From: Podarcis muralis
Lineage: Eukaryota
NCBI RefSeq assembly: GCF_964188315.1
Contig: NC_135664.1
Coordinates: 45,322,001 to 45,386,000, forward strand
Reading direction: 5' to 3'
DNA: 64,000 nt
The first letter of the stretch is position 1; each line of letters starts with the position of its first letter. Below the pieces are notes generated by a model. The model saw only the letters and a list, made by a program, of their open reading frames with translations. It searched no databases and was not told where the DNA came from. The translations under genes were made by a program, and so were the position numbers. Shown piece by piece: positions 52,413-64,000 of the stretch.

Positions 52413-53201
52413 GTTGTTGTTGTTTAGTCGTTCAGTCGTGTCCGACTCTTCATGACCCCACGGACCAGAGCATGCCAGGCACTCCTGTCTTCCACTGCCT
52501 CCCGCAGTTTGGTCAGACTCATGTTTGTAGCTTCGAGAACACCGTCCAACCATCTCGTCCTCTGTCGTCCCCTTCTCCTTGTGGCCTCCATCTTTCCCAA
52601 CATCAGGGTCTTTTCCAGGGAGTCTTCTCTTCTCATGAGGTGGCCAAAGTATTGGAGCCTCAGCTTCAGGATCTGTCCTTCCAGTGAGCACTCAGGGCTG
52701 ATTTCCTTCAGAATGGAGAGGTTTGATCTTCTTGCAGTCCATGGGACTCTCAAGAGTCTCCTCCAGCACCAGAATTCAAAAGCATCCATTCTTCAGCGAT
52801 CAACCTTCTTTATGGTCCAGCTCTCACTTCCATACATCACTACTGGGAAAACCATAGCTTTTACTATACGGACCTTTGTTGGCAAGGTGATGTCTCTGCT
52901 TTTTCAGATACTGTCTAGGTTTGCCATTGCCTTTCTCCCAAGGAGCAGGCGTCTTTTAATTTCATGACTGCTGTCACCATCTGCAGTAATCATGGAGCCC
53001 AAGAAAGTAAAATCTCTCACTGCCTCCATTTCTTCCCCTTCTGTTTGCCAGGAGGTGATGGAACCAGTGGCCATGATCTTCGTTTTTTTGATGTTCACCC
53101 TCATTAAAAGGTTCTTTAATTCCTCCTCACTTTCTGCCATCAAGGTTGTGTCATCTGAATACCTGAGGTTGTTGATATTTCTTCCAGCAATCTTAATTCC
53201 G
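52413..53201 (-). mobile_element. Bov-B (RTE clade) LINE, 5'-truncated, RT C-terminal region
   Basis: Encodes GIKIAGRNINNLRYSDDTTL...DAFEFWCWRRLLRVPW...RTRLND in one frame with two nonsense codons; (CAA)n tail. Confidence 0.93.
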
Positions 53202-53333
53202 GAGGACTGCAAAGGCGAAACGCTTCAGGCGGCAGCGAAGCCAAGGTTTCGCGAGTCCTTGATATGTTTTAAGCAACCAAGAAAGCAGGAAAGGGACAAG
53301 GGAGAGGACGTTGCCAAGCAGGGCATAGGAGAA

Positions 53334-53586
53334 TGTTAAGTTGTGGGTGAACATATCAGAAGACACAGCGATTCTTCAAACAGCTCTTGTTTATTCACAG
53401 GCCAGAACAGAACTGAACTGAAGGGCTCAGTCAACCTGGTTATATAGAGCTCCAGTACAACCTACCGGTAACTGTAACAATTTTCTAAAACTATCCAATC
53501 ACTGGATGTCACTTTCTATCCCTTATTTGCATAACTATCTACAGTATCCCCCTGCTGGCCCAGGGTGAAAACTTCAGTACATAACA
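53334..53586 (-). mobile_element. Solo LTR (253 bp), 5-bp TSD GAGAA
   Basis: TGTTA...TAACA termini; GAGAA at 53329-53333 and 53587-53591; minus strand has TATATA (53441-53446) then AATAAA (53390-53395). Confidence 0.88.
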
Positions 53587-54149
53587 GAGAATGACCTCCG
53601 GTCAGCATGAAGTTAAGGAAGTGGTCGCCAGCCTCTTGCAGCCTCCCAACCCTTGACAGGCTGCTGCAACCGCCTTGGCCGACCTGCATGCATTTTAAAC
53701 TACAACTCCCATCAGCCCCCGCCAGCACAGCCCGCCTGCCTAGTCTTTTCAAGGCGTGGAATCAGCCCACTGTTGTTATCTCGGGGTCTCAGTATGGGCC
53801 AAGCTAGCAGAAAGCAACAGAAGTCTTAGAAAATTAGCTTTCCTTTTTGTCAAACACACTATTAAAAAAGCGCGTGCGCACATTGCCGAAGTTCTCCAGA
53901 CAGTAATCCTGAATTCCAGCACCTTCCGTTTCAGGCTGGTGTTGATTTAATGTTTTATTGGAATGTTGCATGATTGCAGTTTTGATTGTTGTGAACTGCT
54001 TTGGCATCCACTGATTTGAATAAAGCGGGGGAAGGAAGTTTTGAGGCGGGTATGTTGCTAAAGCATCTGGGAAAGGGCAGTCTCCTGGCAGGGTTGCCAT
54101 ATTTGAAGAAGTAAAAACTAGGACACCCCATGTTGAGGGTTTTTTTTCC

Positions 54150-54640
54150 CTTTCCAAAACCCGAGATTTTTCGCTTGACTAGCTAGCCTAATATCCAGGA
54201 CAAAGCGCCGCCTTTCGGAAATTCCCCCCAGTAAGTCAATTCCGCCTTTGAAACCCCGTTGATGTCCGGGATAATCCGGTCGTATGGCAGCCCCAAGAGG
54301 GAGGTATGGATTGGAGAGAGCAATATTTATTATTGTGGGGGCGAGATGCACGAATTTCAGTCCTTTATTCCGCTGAGTAAGCTTTGCCATATATGCCACC
54401 ATGAGCAAGCCGACGGAGCCCGCCCCATCCCCGCGCTGCTGCTGCTGCTTCCTCATTTGCTTGCAGCCAACCAGCCTCGGTGCTAATAGGACTCAGATCA
54501 GCAGGCTCGCAAAGCGGGCCAGCTGGTCATGTGACCAGTAGAAAGCAGGAAGCACGCGGTTTGCAGCAGCCTCTCCTGAGCCTTCGTCCTTGCACCTGGT
54601 GTGGTCGTCTATGCTCAAGTGTGGCTCGCAGTCGTGCATG
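54150..54640 (+). promoter_or_regulatory. CpG island and probable NAGA non-coding exon 1 (donor ATG|GTAAGC at 54640), with a CLEAR/M-box-like palindrome at 54523-54538
   Basis: CpG-dense sequence, strong donor, CTGGTCATGTGACCAG palindrome, NRF1-like GCGCGTGCGCA near 53870. Confidence 0.65.
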
Positions 54641-57296
54641 GTAAGCGCGTGACTTGACCAGGAGTCGTTGTCTGGCGGGTTGGAGAGGTGAATGTTTTGC
54701 TGGGGCTCCCCGGCTGGGAGACAGGGAAGCTGAGCAGGGGGAGGAGGTTACCGGGATTACCCGTTTCTCTTGAGAATGAAATGTCTCTCTTCTCTGCGAT
54801 CAGAATCTTGTCTCCAGAACGTGACAAGGAACAACACAAAGTGTGAACAGCCAATAATGCCGTAGTTATGCTCCCCCTCCCCCAGTCAATGCATCGCTTT
54901 GCCTTTAGCAAAGTTCTTAACTGCATTTTGGGAAAGATCCTGCCAGGCAGCCTTCCCCAACATAGCGCCCGCCAGATGAACTATTATTTGCAGCCAGCAC
55001 AGTCCTCCGAACATCTGGAGGGCACCAGGTTGGGAAAGGCTGCTGTAAGATCTCATGAAGTGACATCTGAAATACAGGCTGACTTCTGCATCCTCTTGAC
55101 CCACCTAGAATAGTAATAGCCAAGTAATGTGTGTGTGTGTGTTTGTGTGTGTTCAAACTCTTATGGTTGTGTAATAGTTTGTTGCCTGTACTCTAAACTT
55201 CTTCTCTGTTGTTCCAGAAGGCAGGGCTAGTAAATTTCAGCTAAATCTTGGGAGCTGACTGCCTTCACAGGGGGAAGGGGTAGATGCTCTGTCACTGGAG
55301 ATAATTCCGTTAGGGCTGTTGCTGTTGTTGTTTCTTGCACTGCAGATCCTGCATTGAGCAGTGGCTGATTGGAATACATGATTCCTCTTGCTCTGTAATT
55401 CCACCTGCGGTAATTGCGCCACACCAGCCACTCCCATCATTCCTGACTATTAGCCATGCTGGCTGGGCCTGATGGGTGTTGTAGTCTAAACTATCTGGAG
55501 GACACCAGGTTGGAAAGTCCGTTCCACACTCTAGAAAGGCTCCACTTCTCCACCTGGCTACCTCTAGTGAAATATCGACTAGCTGATGTTTAGCAGTAGA
55601 TGGTTTTGCATTTACACTGCTATATTTTAAGCACAACACTTGCTCCTCAGCAGCTAAGAGATAAAAAAAAAAAAAGCTGCACAAGCTTCAAGTGTTGATC
55701 TTCTTTAAAATGAATTTTTTTCTGCATGGTGCCTCCATTATGATGGAACATAATAATAACTCATTCCATGAGTAGAGATTCTCAAGGTCATTTCTTATCT
55801 GAGTACAGAGTTTATTATCCAATGGATAACAGGGACATTATTTTTATTCAGGAGTAACCTCATGACTCCTTGGCCACCCCCAGTTTTTTTACGTTTGACA
55901 TTGTCTATTCTTTAGAGTGGTTGAGTTTACCTGGATCATATGTCAGAGTGGTTGAGTAGTCTAAGTGATAGTCCGATCCCTTTTTAGGATTAAACATTTC
56001 TCATAATTTTGCCTGCAATGAATTTGAAACTGAAATTATAATCAGGATCAGGCCAACTACACAAGAAATCCAGGGAGTTATTTGCACTGAAGCAGCTTGA
56101 GATCAAAGAAGTTACCCCCAGGATCCTTTGCAGAGAATTCTGGGAGTGCATCACTGGGATTTTTCAGATGACGCTGCTTGGGGCAGAAAATATCTTAGGC
56201 TGGCAAGGAATGGACTCTCTTTTGGAGTTCTTGCAATAAGAGGGGCAAAACTCTGAACTAAAAAACAAGAAAAGGGGATAATTATCAAAAATCATCTGTT
56301 TAACATTGATCATGGAAGCTGATATGAGGAATGTTGCTAATTGTTCAGATTTGATCATGAAATAACCCAGGACTTTTTAGAGTTTCATAAAGAGGGCAAG
56401 TTTTCCTTAGCATTTCCATATTTGCAAGACCGCTGTGGTCTCATTCATGGGGACTGGGCTGGTTGGGGATGATCAAATAGGCAGGACCCGTGTAATTGAC
56501 TTGCTAGGAATGTAAAACGAGCTATGCAGCTTCCCAGCTGCTCCACTGTTCTGACTCTTCCCCTCCTGAGAAAGGCGGTGGTTGAAATTCCATGAAGCTC
56601 AGGCATATCTGCATTCTAGGTGGCCACCTGGCTGTGTAGCAGCCATTGTAACAGCTGGGGGAGCTACTGCAACAGCTCTGGGATAGAAACTGCACAGCAC
56701 CCTGTTCTTTCTGCTGCCAAGCATAATAGGGTTATGGCAGCATAGATGATACTACACGACAGCTAGGCCATATGGCATCACACAACATTACACCGGATAA
56801 CTTGAACATCGGGAAACAGATTCTGTCTCAGTAGCTGTTGCGCCAGTTTATCTAATTTTCTGAAACTTGGGCGTTCCATCCTGAACCCACTAGCTGCTAC
56901 TGCTCCCCAATACTGTCAGATATTATCTGCATGTGTCACTTCCCGCTACACCCTTCTCTGAAGGCTCAGTGGTAGGTCATGTGCTTGCAGGCAGAAGTTT
57001 GTCTAACTTTCAGAAACTGGGGCAGGTCATGCTTAGATATACCTAAACTGCAAGCTGCAAACTAGACACTATGCAAGGAGGGACTATAGCTGCATCCTGC
57101 CTTTCTTTAACCTCTAATCCTCCCATGGATGTTTACAAACCTGTTTGGCCTTGAGACCAAGGCTGCTTGTCAATATGTGCTTTGGCCTTGTGCTGTGATT
57201 TCAATCTTTGGAATGACTAGCGCTTCAAGAGTAGTAGGACCAGATGGCGGCTCATATTTATTTGATGGCATATATGATGATGAACTGCAGGGCTGG

Positions 57297-57456
57297 AACA
57301 TACGAAGCTGCCTCACACCAGGTCTGGCCAATGCTCCATCTAGTGCTGTATTGTCTACATTGATTAGCAGCAGCGATCTAGGATTTCAGACAAGGAATCT
57401 TTCACAACTCTACCTGAAGATGCTGGGGGTTGAACAAGAGGCCTTCTGAATGCAAG
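57297..57456 (-). mobile_element. Squam3-like SINE, degenerate
   Basis: Reverse-complement similarity to 2098-2283. Confidence 0.55.
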
Positions 57457-58032
57457 GCAAATGATCGGAAAGGCAGGGGATCTAGATAATATCTGATAGC
57501 ACAGGAGAGCATTGTGCTGGTGGTAGCTAGAGGCTCTTGGATGGAATGAGAGCACTTTGAGTCATGTGTTGTACTGTAAAGTTTGGATCGTGTTGGACAA
57601 CTGATTGTACTGTTCAAGTAGGGGTGTCTTTGGATAATTACACCTTTGCTTAATAGACTGAGATGTGCACAAGTGCTTTGTTCCCCTTCCCTCATCCCTT
57701 CGTGATCCATCTCAGTGAAATGTAGTTTCGTGTTCCATCCTACACCTGGAAACTAGGGTTATCATCTTTGGAAATGAGCCAAGATCTCAAATCACAATCT
57801 GAGGCAGTTCAAGATTTCAGCTTGTTCGAAATAGGTCTACCATCATTCACCGGTTTGGACATGACAGTAAGCCATGGTTAATTGGAGACTTGCTCATTTC
57901 ACTGAAGTATGCTGTGAAGCAAAAAGCGAAGAGGGTTGTGGAGTGGGGTTGCTGTTACCTTCAATAACCTTCTTACTGAAAACTACTATTATTTGCTCTC
58001 ACTCTGCAGCGTTGATTTATTGATTGGTAGTC

Positions 58033-61000
58033 ATGAAGCTCATAGCGTCTGTACTGCTTGCGGCCTTAGTCAGCACCTCCCTGGCCCTGGAGAATGGGCT
58101 CATGAGGACACCTCCAATGGGGTGGCTTGCATGGGAACGATTCCGTTGCAATATTGATTGCAAGACTGATCCACAGAACTGCATCAGGTAAGTGGAAGAG
58201 CCTTGGAAGCTCTGCAGCTTAAACATGTGTGGCAGGGGCAAGGGAGGGGAGGAGTGAAGTCCCTTTGCATTTCACACAAAGCTGGATCTGTTTTGCAGGA
58301 AGGATGCCTCGAGGAAGGCCCATTTTACTTTCCGTCCATCTCTATTTTATGCTGCCATCTGAATACCCACTAGCTGTGCTCCACTTTTCAACTTTACATT
58401 AAAAAACAAACAAGCTGGTGGTAGGCTTGATGAATTCTGACGGGCCTGTCAAGGAGGGGGTCGCTTTCCCAAGTCCTCCCTCCAAGCTACTAATCACTCA
58501 CAGGCACCGAACGGGTTATTAGGCTTTATTGACATCTTCTCTGGCACCAGCTAAAAAAAAAAGGTAAAGGTACCCCTGCCCGTACGGGCCAGTCTTGCCA
58601 GACTCTAGGGTTGTGCGCCCATCTCACTTAAGAGGCCGGGGGCCAGCGCTGTCCGCAGACACTTCCGGGTCACGTGGCCAGCGTGACATCGCTGCTCTGG
58701 CGAGCTAGAACCGCACACGGAAACGCCGTTTACCTTCCCGCTTGTAAACGGTCCCTATTTATCTACTTGCACCCGGGGGTGCTTTCGAACTGCTAGGTTG
58801 GCAGGCGCTGGGACCGAACGACGGGAGCGCACCCCGCCGCAGGGATTCGAACCGCTGACCTTTCGATCGGCAAGCCCTAGGCGCTGAGGCTTTTACCCAC
58901 AGCGCCACCTGCGTCCCAGCTACAGAACAGCAAACAAGAGTCTCATCCATGACATGTTCTCTCCTCCCCTCGGCAGGTTAACTTGAATATTTATAGGGGT
59001 TGGGGTATCCTGGCAGCCAGCCAGCCCCATCGCCTGGTCCCACTTGGGGGACTAATTCTCACCACCTGCCTAAGGGGCCCCACCCAGCGATACCTGCTTA
59101 CAGAATCACTACTTCATGAAAAGGCCCACAGGCCAGGCACATTTCCCATGCCATTATCTCTGCTATGTTCAGTGTGGAGAAATAAAAGGGCAGTGAGTTT
59201 ATGTTTTACATTGGGAGGGATGTTTGCTGAGTGGAGTTTACTTCTGTGTAAACATTAGAAGGATCTTGACCATGAGGAAGAGCACTGCTGGATAATACAA
59301 CATTATGTTCAAGTGCTTGCTAAGAAATCTTGTTTATTTGAATAAAGATTTAATATTGTGTAATGTATTCTGACGTTAGCATTGTAACGCACATTTATTT
59401 GTAATGCACATTGTGTTTGATGTGGGAAGTTTTTGTCTGGTCTGGACAAAGTCAGTTTAACTGTTGCTTGAGGCCTGAACTGGCATCTGTATGTTCAAAT
59501 TCTCGGTATGCTAAAGAAGGAGAGAAGGAATATATAACTCACTTGCTAGGTGAAACTTTAGACTTTTCAGTGAGACGGTGTCCAGTACGAAAGCCAGAGG
59601 GAAGATATTTGGGGCACAACAAGACAAACCTACAGAAAAGGGTTGGAAAAAGAGGATTCCAGCACGGCCTTCAGTTGTTGTGTATGACAGGCATAACTGA
59701 GATGGAGAAGATAAAAGGTCAATCTGGTTAAAGCTGTCTTAGTTTAACATTAATAGTTGAATAGAAGCATTTGGTATTTAAAGTGGCAGCAACAAGTTGA
59801 CAAAGCATATACTCATTTAGAGAAACAATCCTATATTTAAATCACCAGAGAAGCTTGGAGACTTAATCTTGTAATAAACAAACATAAACAGCTTTGTTAA
59901 ATTTAACATTTGTATCTGACTGTCTTTGTACCGTGCCTGTACAGTTATCGGTGAGTTAAGTGTTCAGAGGGGAAAAAGGAGACTGAATAGTGGCAGTGGC
60001 ACAGGTTTAGGAGAACCATTGGAGAGGGAGTTGAGTTTTGTTATTGTACATTAAGTACATAAAAACAATAATGAAATGCAATACGAAACTTCCATTTTAA
60101 TTTGTTGTCCAGCTGTGGAAGCTCTCATGGGCAAAGCTTGCCACCTGTTGGTGAAAATAGGCAACTGCATGCTTGCCTTGGTTGTACAGCCCTGCATGGG
60201 TGGTCGCTTCCGTGTTGTTCCCTGCGGCCACAAATAGTTCAGGGTCACTTGGATGTTGTTTTTAACTTGCTTTTCTCTTTGTGGGGCAGTGAAAAACTCT
60301 TCATGGACATGGCAGATCGCCTGGCAGCAGACGGCTGGAGGGAGCTGGGCTACGTGTATGTCAATATAGACGATTGCTGGATGGCAAAAGAGCGAGATTC
60401 AACAGGGCAGCTGATTCCGGATCCTGAGAGGTTCCCTAGCGGCATCAAAGCCTTAGCAGATTACGTGAGTGATCCATAACTCCTGGTGGTGAAGCAAGAT
60501 CCGGGGCATCTCCCATCCGTGGTTTTTAAGAATGTATTTTGTGCTTTCATATATCAATATATATATCAAGTTCCGAAACCTGCGGATATAGGGCGGTATA
60601 TAAATTCAATTAGTCAATCAACCAACAAGAATCCCCTTCTAGCCATCAGTAGTGAGGACTAAAAAACTTGTGAAATCACAAGTCCCCAAAGCAACAAGGT
60701 CCTGTTCCTTTGGTGGCTTCATCTTGCTTATTCAGAATAGCCTGCAGAACATTCCCTCCAGTTCAAAAGCAGCTTTCATTTAATTCTAGTATCCTTGATC
60801 TCCCGGGCCCACCTGGATTGCGGCAAGAAAGGTAATAACAACAGTTGCTTGGGCCATCATCCCTAGACCTAGTCATGTGGAGAAGCAGAATATGAACTAG
60901 ACAGCTGTTGGATTCAGGAGCAGAGTTGCCCATCATCATCATCATCTTATTATTTATACCCCGCCCATCTGGCTGGGTTGCCCCAACCACTCTGGGCAGC

Positions 61001-63504
61001 TTTCAGAACATATACAAAACATCATAAAACATCAACCATTAAAAACTTCCCAATACAGGGTTGCCTTTAGATGTCTTCTAAAACTTGTGTCGCTCTTTAT
61101 CTCCTTGACATCTGAAGGGAGGGGGATCCACAGGGAGGTGCTGTCCAAATCACAAATATTTGCTGTTAGTTGTATCCAGTTCCCACCTGGCTCATGCTTG
61201 CATTTCTGCAGTCATGGGAATGCAGATAGTTAAACTGTGGAACTCACTCCCACAAGAGGCAGCGACCGTCCCTAACTTGGATGGTTATCAATGGTTGCTA
61301 GCCATGATGGATGTATTCTCCCTCTGTGGTTGGAGGCAGTAATACCAGTTTCTGGAGACCACAGGGCAGGAGAATTGGCCACGGTTGACCAGGCATCTGG
61401 TTGGCCACGGTGAGAACACAATGTTGGACTAGATGGGCCATTGGTGTGATCTAGCAAGCACTTCTTTTGTTCTGATGCTCATTTTTGAGCTACGCTGAGC
61501 GTAGGAGAAAAGTCCTGTGCGAAACATCCCCAAAGCATGTACTGGATGTCGGAATCTCCATTCGATCGAGCTGATAAAAGGCTCATGTTCGGAATCGCCT
61601 CCCGACGATTAATTGACGACCTGATCCTTTGATAAGGTCTCAGGCATGTCGTCCCAGCAGAGTTCCCAAAACAGCATGCGGAAGAGACGAGAGGTTTGGG
61701 CTACATTGCTATGCTTTATTTTCTAGCTACGCAGAGAGCAAAGAAATATACATCCTCTCCCTGTGAGAGCAGAGAGCAACTGAACAAAGGAACAAAGGAA
61801 ACAGGAAACCACTAGTGTCACATCCTGTCTCCCTTTCCCTTGAGACTGCAAGGTCTCTGGAATGTAAGCAGAGTCCTGTGACTCCCAGCAGCTGCTCAGT
61901 GAGAAACAGAAACTAGCACTGGATATGGGTCCCATAAGCTCTGAACATGGGCTGCGAGTGAGAGATAGGGAAATTATGAGGAATTTTCTCCATATTAGCT
62001 CTATTCCAGAGTGAGCGGTACCAAGCATCCACTGTAAGCTTTTGGGTGGTTTTTCATTGAGTTGTAATAACTTTCTGCTGCCAATATCCTATATGAGGCC
62101 AATTATTTTGACATTGGTATCATCAAAAATATTCAGTAACATTAATTTTGGACAATAAACAATTGTTTCTTTACAAATAGTTCTGTCAAAATTGAATTCC
62201 AAAAATCTTGCACTAGCTGCCATTCAGTCCACCATAAATGATAATATGTACCAAGTTTATTGCAAGCCCTCCAAAGAATTTTCTGATGCGGAAATAAAAC
62301 ATTTTTGACATTTGCAAAGAAGTCCTATGCCATCTGTGTAATAATTTTAAGGCGTTTTCCCTAAGAAAACTGGAAACAGGTTTTAAGGGCCGAATCTGAT
62401 TTTACAAGTATTTTCTCGTTCCCACACTGATCATGTAGCTATGTTAACTAATGATATTTTTAATCATAGTTAAGCACACTCCAGAGTATCCCCTGACCTC
62501 CAAATTGCAAATCTGGTATTCCATTTTTCTGTTATCAAAATGGAAGCGTCATAGTGGCAGAAAGTATGCGAGGGGAGAGAGTCTTTGTGCTGACCACCTC
62601 CATCACAAGGATCCTTCAGAAGGGAGTTGCTGCCAGGAACATTATGCGCAGGTGTATTTTGATGCGTTGAATAGAATGATAGTTTATGAGTCATGGCAGA
62701 GGGGAGAGCATGTGTACAAATTCAGCTGGCATTTGTTTGTTTTGTTGCTTTTTAAAAATGCTGTTAATATTATTTTATAGATATGAACGCTGTAGTACTT
62801 TGTGAATCCTATAATATGATTTTTAATTAATAAATACAAATTGGACTATAATTTGATATTTTTATTTTACTTTATTATTTTTTAATTCAAGTATTATGAT
62901 TGGATATTTAATTGGATGTTTTTATTGGAAAATCATTAAAAATGATTCTTTAAAAAAAGAATCCTATAATATGATTTTTGGTGTAACACCGATGTTTAGC
63001 TTTTTTTTTTTACTTGTTTGTTAATAGAGGGTAATTGTTTTATTTGTGATTTGCGATGGTTTTGCTGATGATTTGTTAAGTATTGTATGCGATTTATGCT
63101 GTATTTCATCGTGATGTTTCATTATGTAATTTTTATCTTTTGTTTGTAAGCCGCTTTGGGATTTATTTGAGTGAAAAGCGGGGTAGAAATAGAATAAAAA
63201 TAAATAAATAAAAATGGGGAAAGACACACAAGCATGGCAACACACCAGCTGCTTTGACCGGTCGATGTTACACTTTGTCCATGGGAGTTCCCCGTCCATC
63301 TTTCAAGTTCTTCTTTCTTTTTGTAGATGCATGCCCGGGGGCTGAAACTCGGCATCTACGGTGACTTAGGCACCCATACTTGTGAAGGGTATCCCGGCAC
63401 AACACTGGACCGGATTGAGCAAGATGCCTCGACATTTGCCCAGTGGGGAGTGGATATGCTGAAGCTGGATGGCTGCTATTCTTCAGCATATCAGCAGGCT
63501 AAAG
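58033..63504 (+). CDS. NAGA: Alpha-N-acetylgalactosaminidase (GH27), 5' part: exons 58033-58187, 60290-60464, 63327-63504; continues beyond the window
   Basis: Signal peptide [18 protein letters not shown], then [33 protein letters not shown] and KLDGC (catalytic nucleophile Asp). GT-AG junctions in consistent phase. Confidence 0.96.
58553..58917 (-). mobile_element. Sauria SINE, CpG-rich variant subfamily, in a NAGA intron
   Basis: Full head and tail, many intact CpGs, CAGCTA flanking repeat. Confidence 0.92.
61215..61472 (+). mobile_element. CR1 LINE 3' end
   Basis: TGGAACTCACTCCCACAAGAGG...GGACTAGATGGGCCATTGG...CTTCTTTTGTTCT tail. Confidence 0.7.
61486..61947 (-). mobile_element. LTR-like element, ends unresolved
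   Basis: CpG-rich block with a minus-strand TATA-like box then AATAAA; TG/CA candidates exist but no matching TSD was found. Confidence 0.4.
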
Positions 63505-63668
63505 GTAAGGACTGAGGCTTCCTCATTGCCTCTGTTCGCTTTATCCTGCCCCCTTCAGTGCTCCATCTCCTTCCTTCCTGGGCCTGGACTGACCCTGGCT
63601 GCTTGATCTTGATCTTGCTGATAAAAAAATTATTTGAATCTGCTTTTGATGTGTGTGTGTCTCAGATA

Positions 63669-63909
63669 CAGTGGTACCTCAGGTTACATACGCTTCAGGT
63701 TACATACGCTTCAGGTTACAGACTCCCTAACCCAGAAATAGTACCTCGGGTTAAGAACTTTGCTTCAGGATGAGAACAGAAATCATGCAGCGGCAGCGTG
63801 GCAGCAGCAGGAGGCCCCATTAGCTAAAGTGGTGCTTCAGGTTAAGAACAGTTTCAGGTTAAGAACGGACCTCCAGAATGAATTAAGTTTTTAACCCAAG
63901 GTACCACTG
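63669..63909. mobile_element. Tigger-like MITE
   Basis: TA|CAGTGGTACCTCAGGTT...AACCCAAGGTACCACTG. Confidence 0.88.
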
Positions 63910-64000
63910 TGGGTGTGGGTGTGTATATATATATGTTAGTTACACAAGGTGTCATTCCTTTTTTAAAAAAAATCTGGTTTAAGAGGAAATCTGAATTTAA

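Noticed and set aside
52277-52967. Long plus-strand ORFs (136 and 171 aa) and the 102-aa minus-strand ORF 52383-52691
   Set aside because: Antisense or alternative frames of the Bov-B fragment; a well-known source of spurious ORFs.
54118-54486. ORFs in the NAGA/PHETA2 CpG island
   Set aside because: No homology signal or splice support; expected in GC-rich DNA.

Overview
Vertebrate genomic DNA, almost certainly from a squamate and probably a lacertid lizard (Sauria SINEs, Squam-type SINEs, Bov-B). The species call comes from repeat content only. The window is syntenic with the human CYP2D6-NDUFA6-SMDT1-PHETA2-NAGA block. From left to right it contains: the last 3 exons of a CYP2D-like gene on + (CYP-A); two complete 9-exon CYP2D-like paralogues on - (CYP-B 7408-19727, CYP-C 25025-35920; 511 aa each when spliced by hand); NDUFA6 (+); SMDT1/EMRE (-); PHETA2/FAM109B (-); and the first coding exons of NAGA (+). 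A 181-nt N gap lies in CYP-B intron 2. Most entries in the supplied ORF track are spurious or transposon-derived. The most interesting signal is the CYP-B/CYP-C pair. It is inverted relative to CYP-A and to the human layout. Both genes share non-canonical heme-pocket residues (GRHAC instead of GRRAC; Tyr in place of the beta1-4 His) and lack the CYP2D6 Glu216 and Phe120 equivalents. Their identity is mosaic: exon 1 plus promoter and exon 8 are near-identical, while differences cluster in substrate-recognition sites. Other notable items: a probable exon-spanning uORF and a CLEAR-like palindrome at NAGA, a PHETA1-type PPxPPRR motif in PHETA2, two solo LTRs with perfect 5-bp TSDs, a filled/empty MITE site pair between the paralogues, and a three-ended MITE. 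All exon boundaries and homologies were read by eye; no database searches were run, and comparisons to human proteins are from memory.
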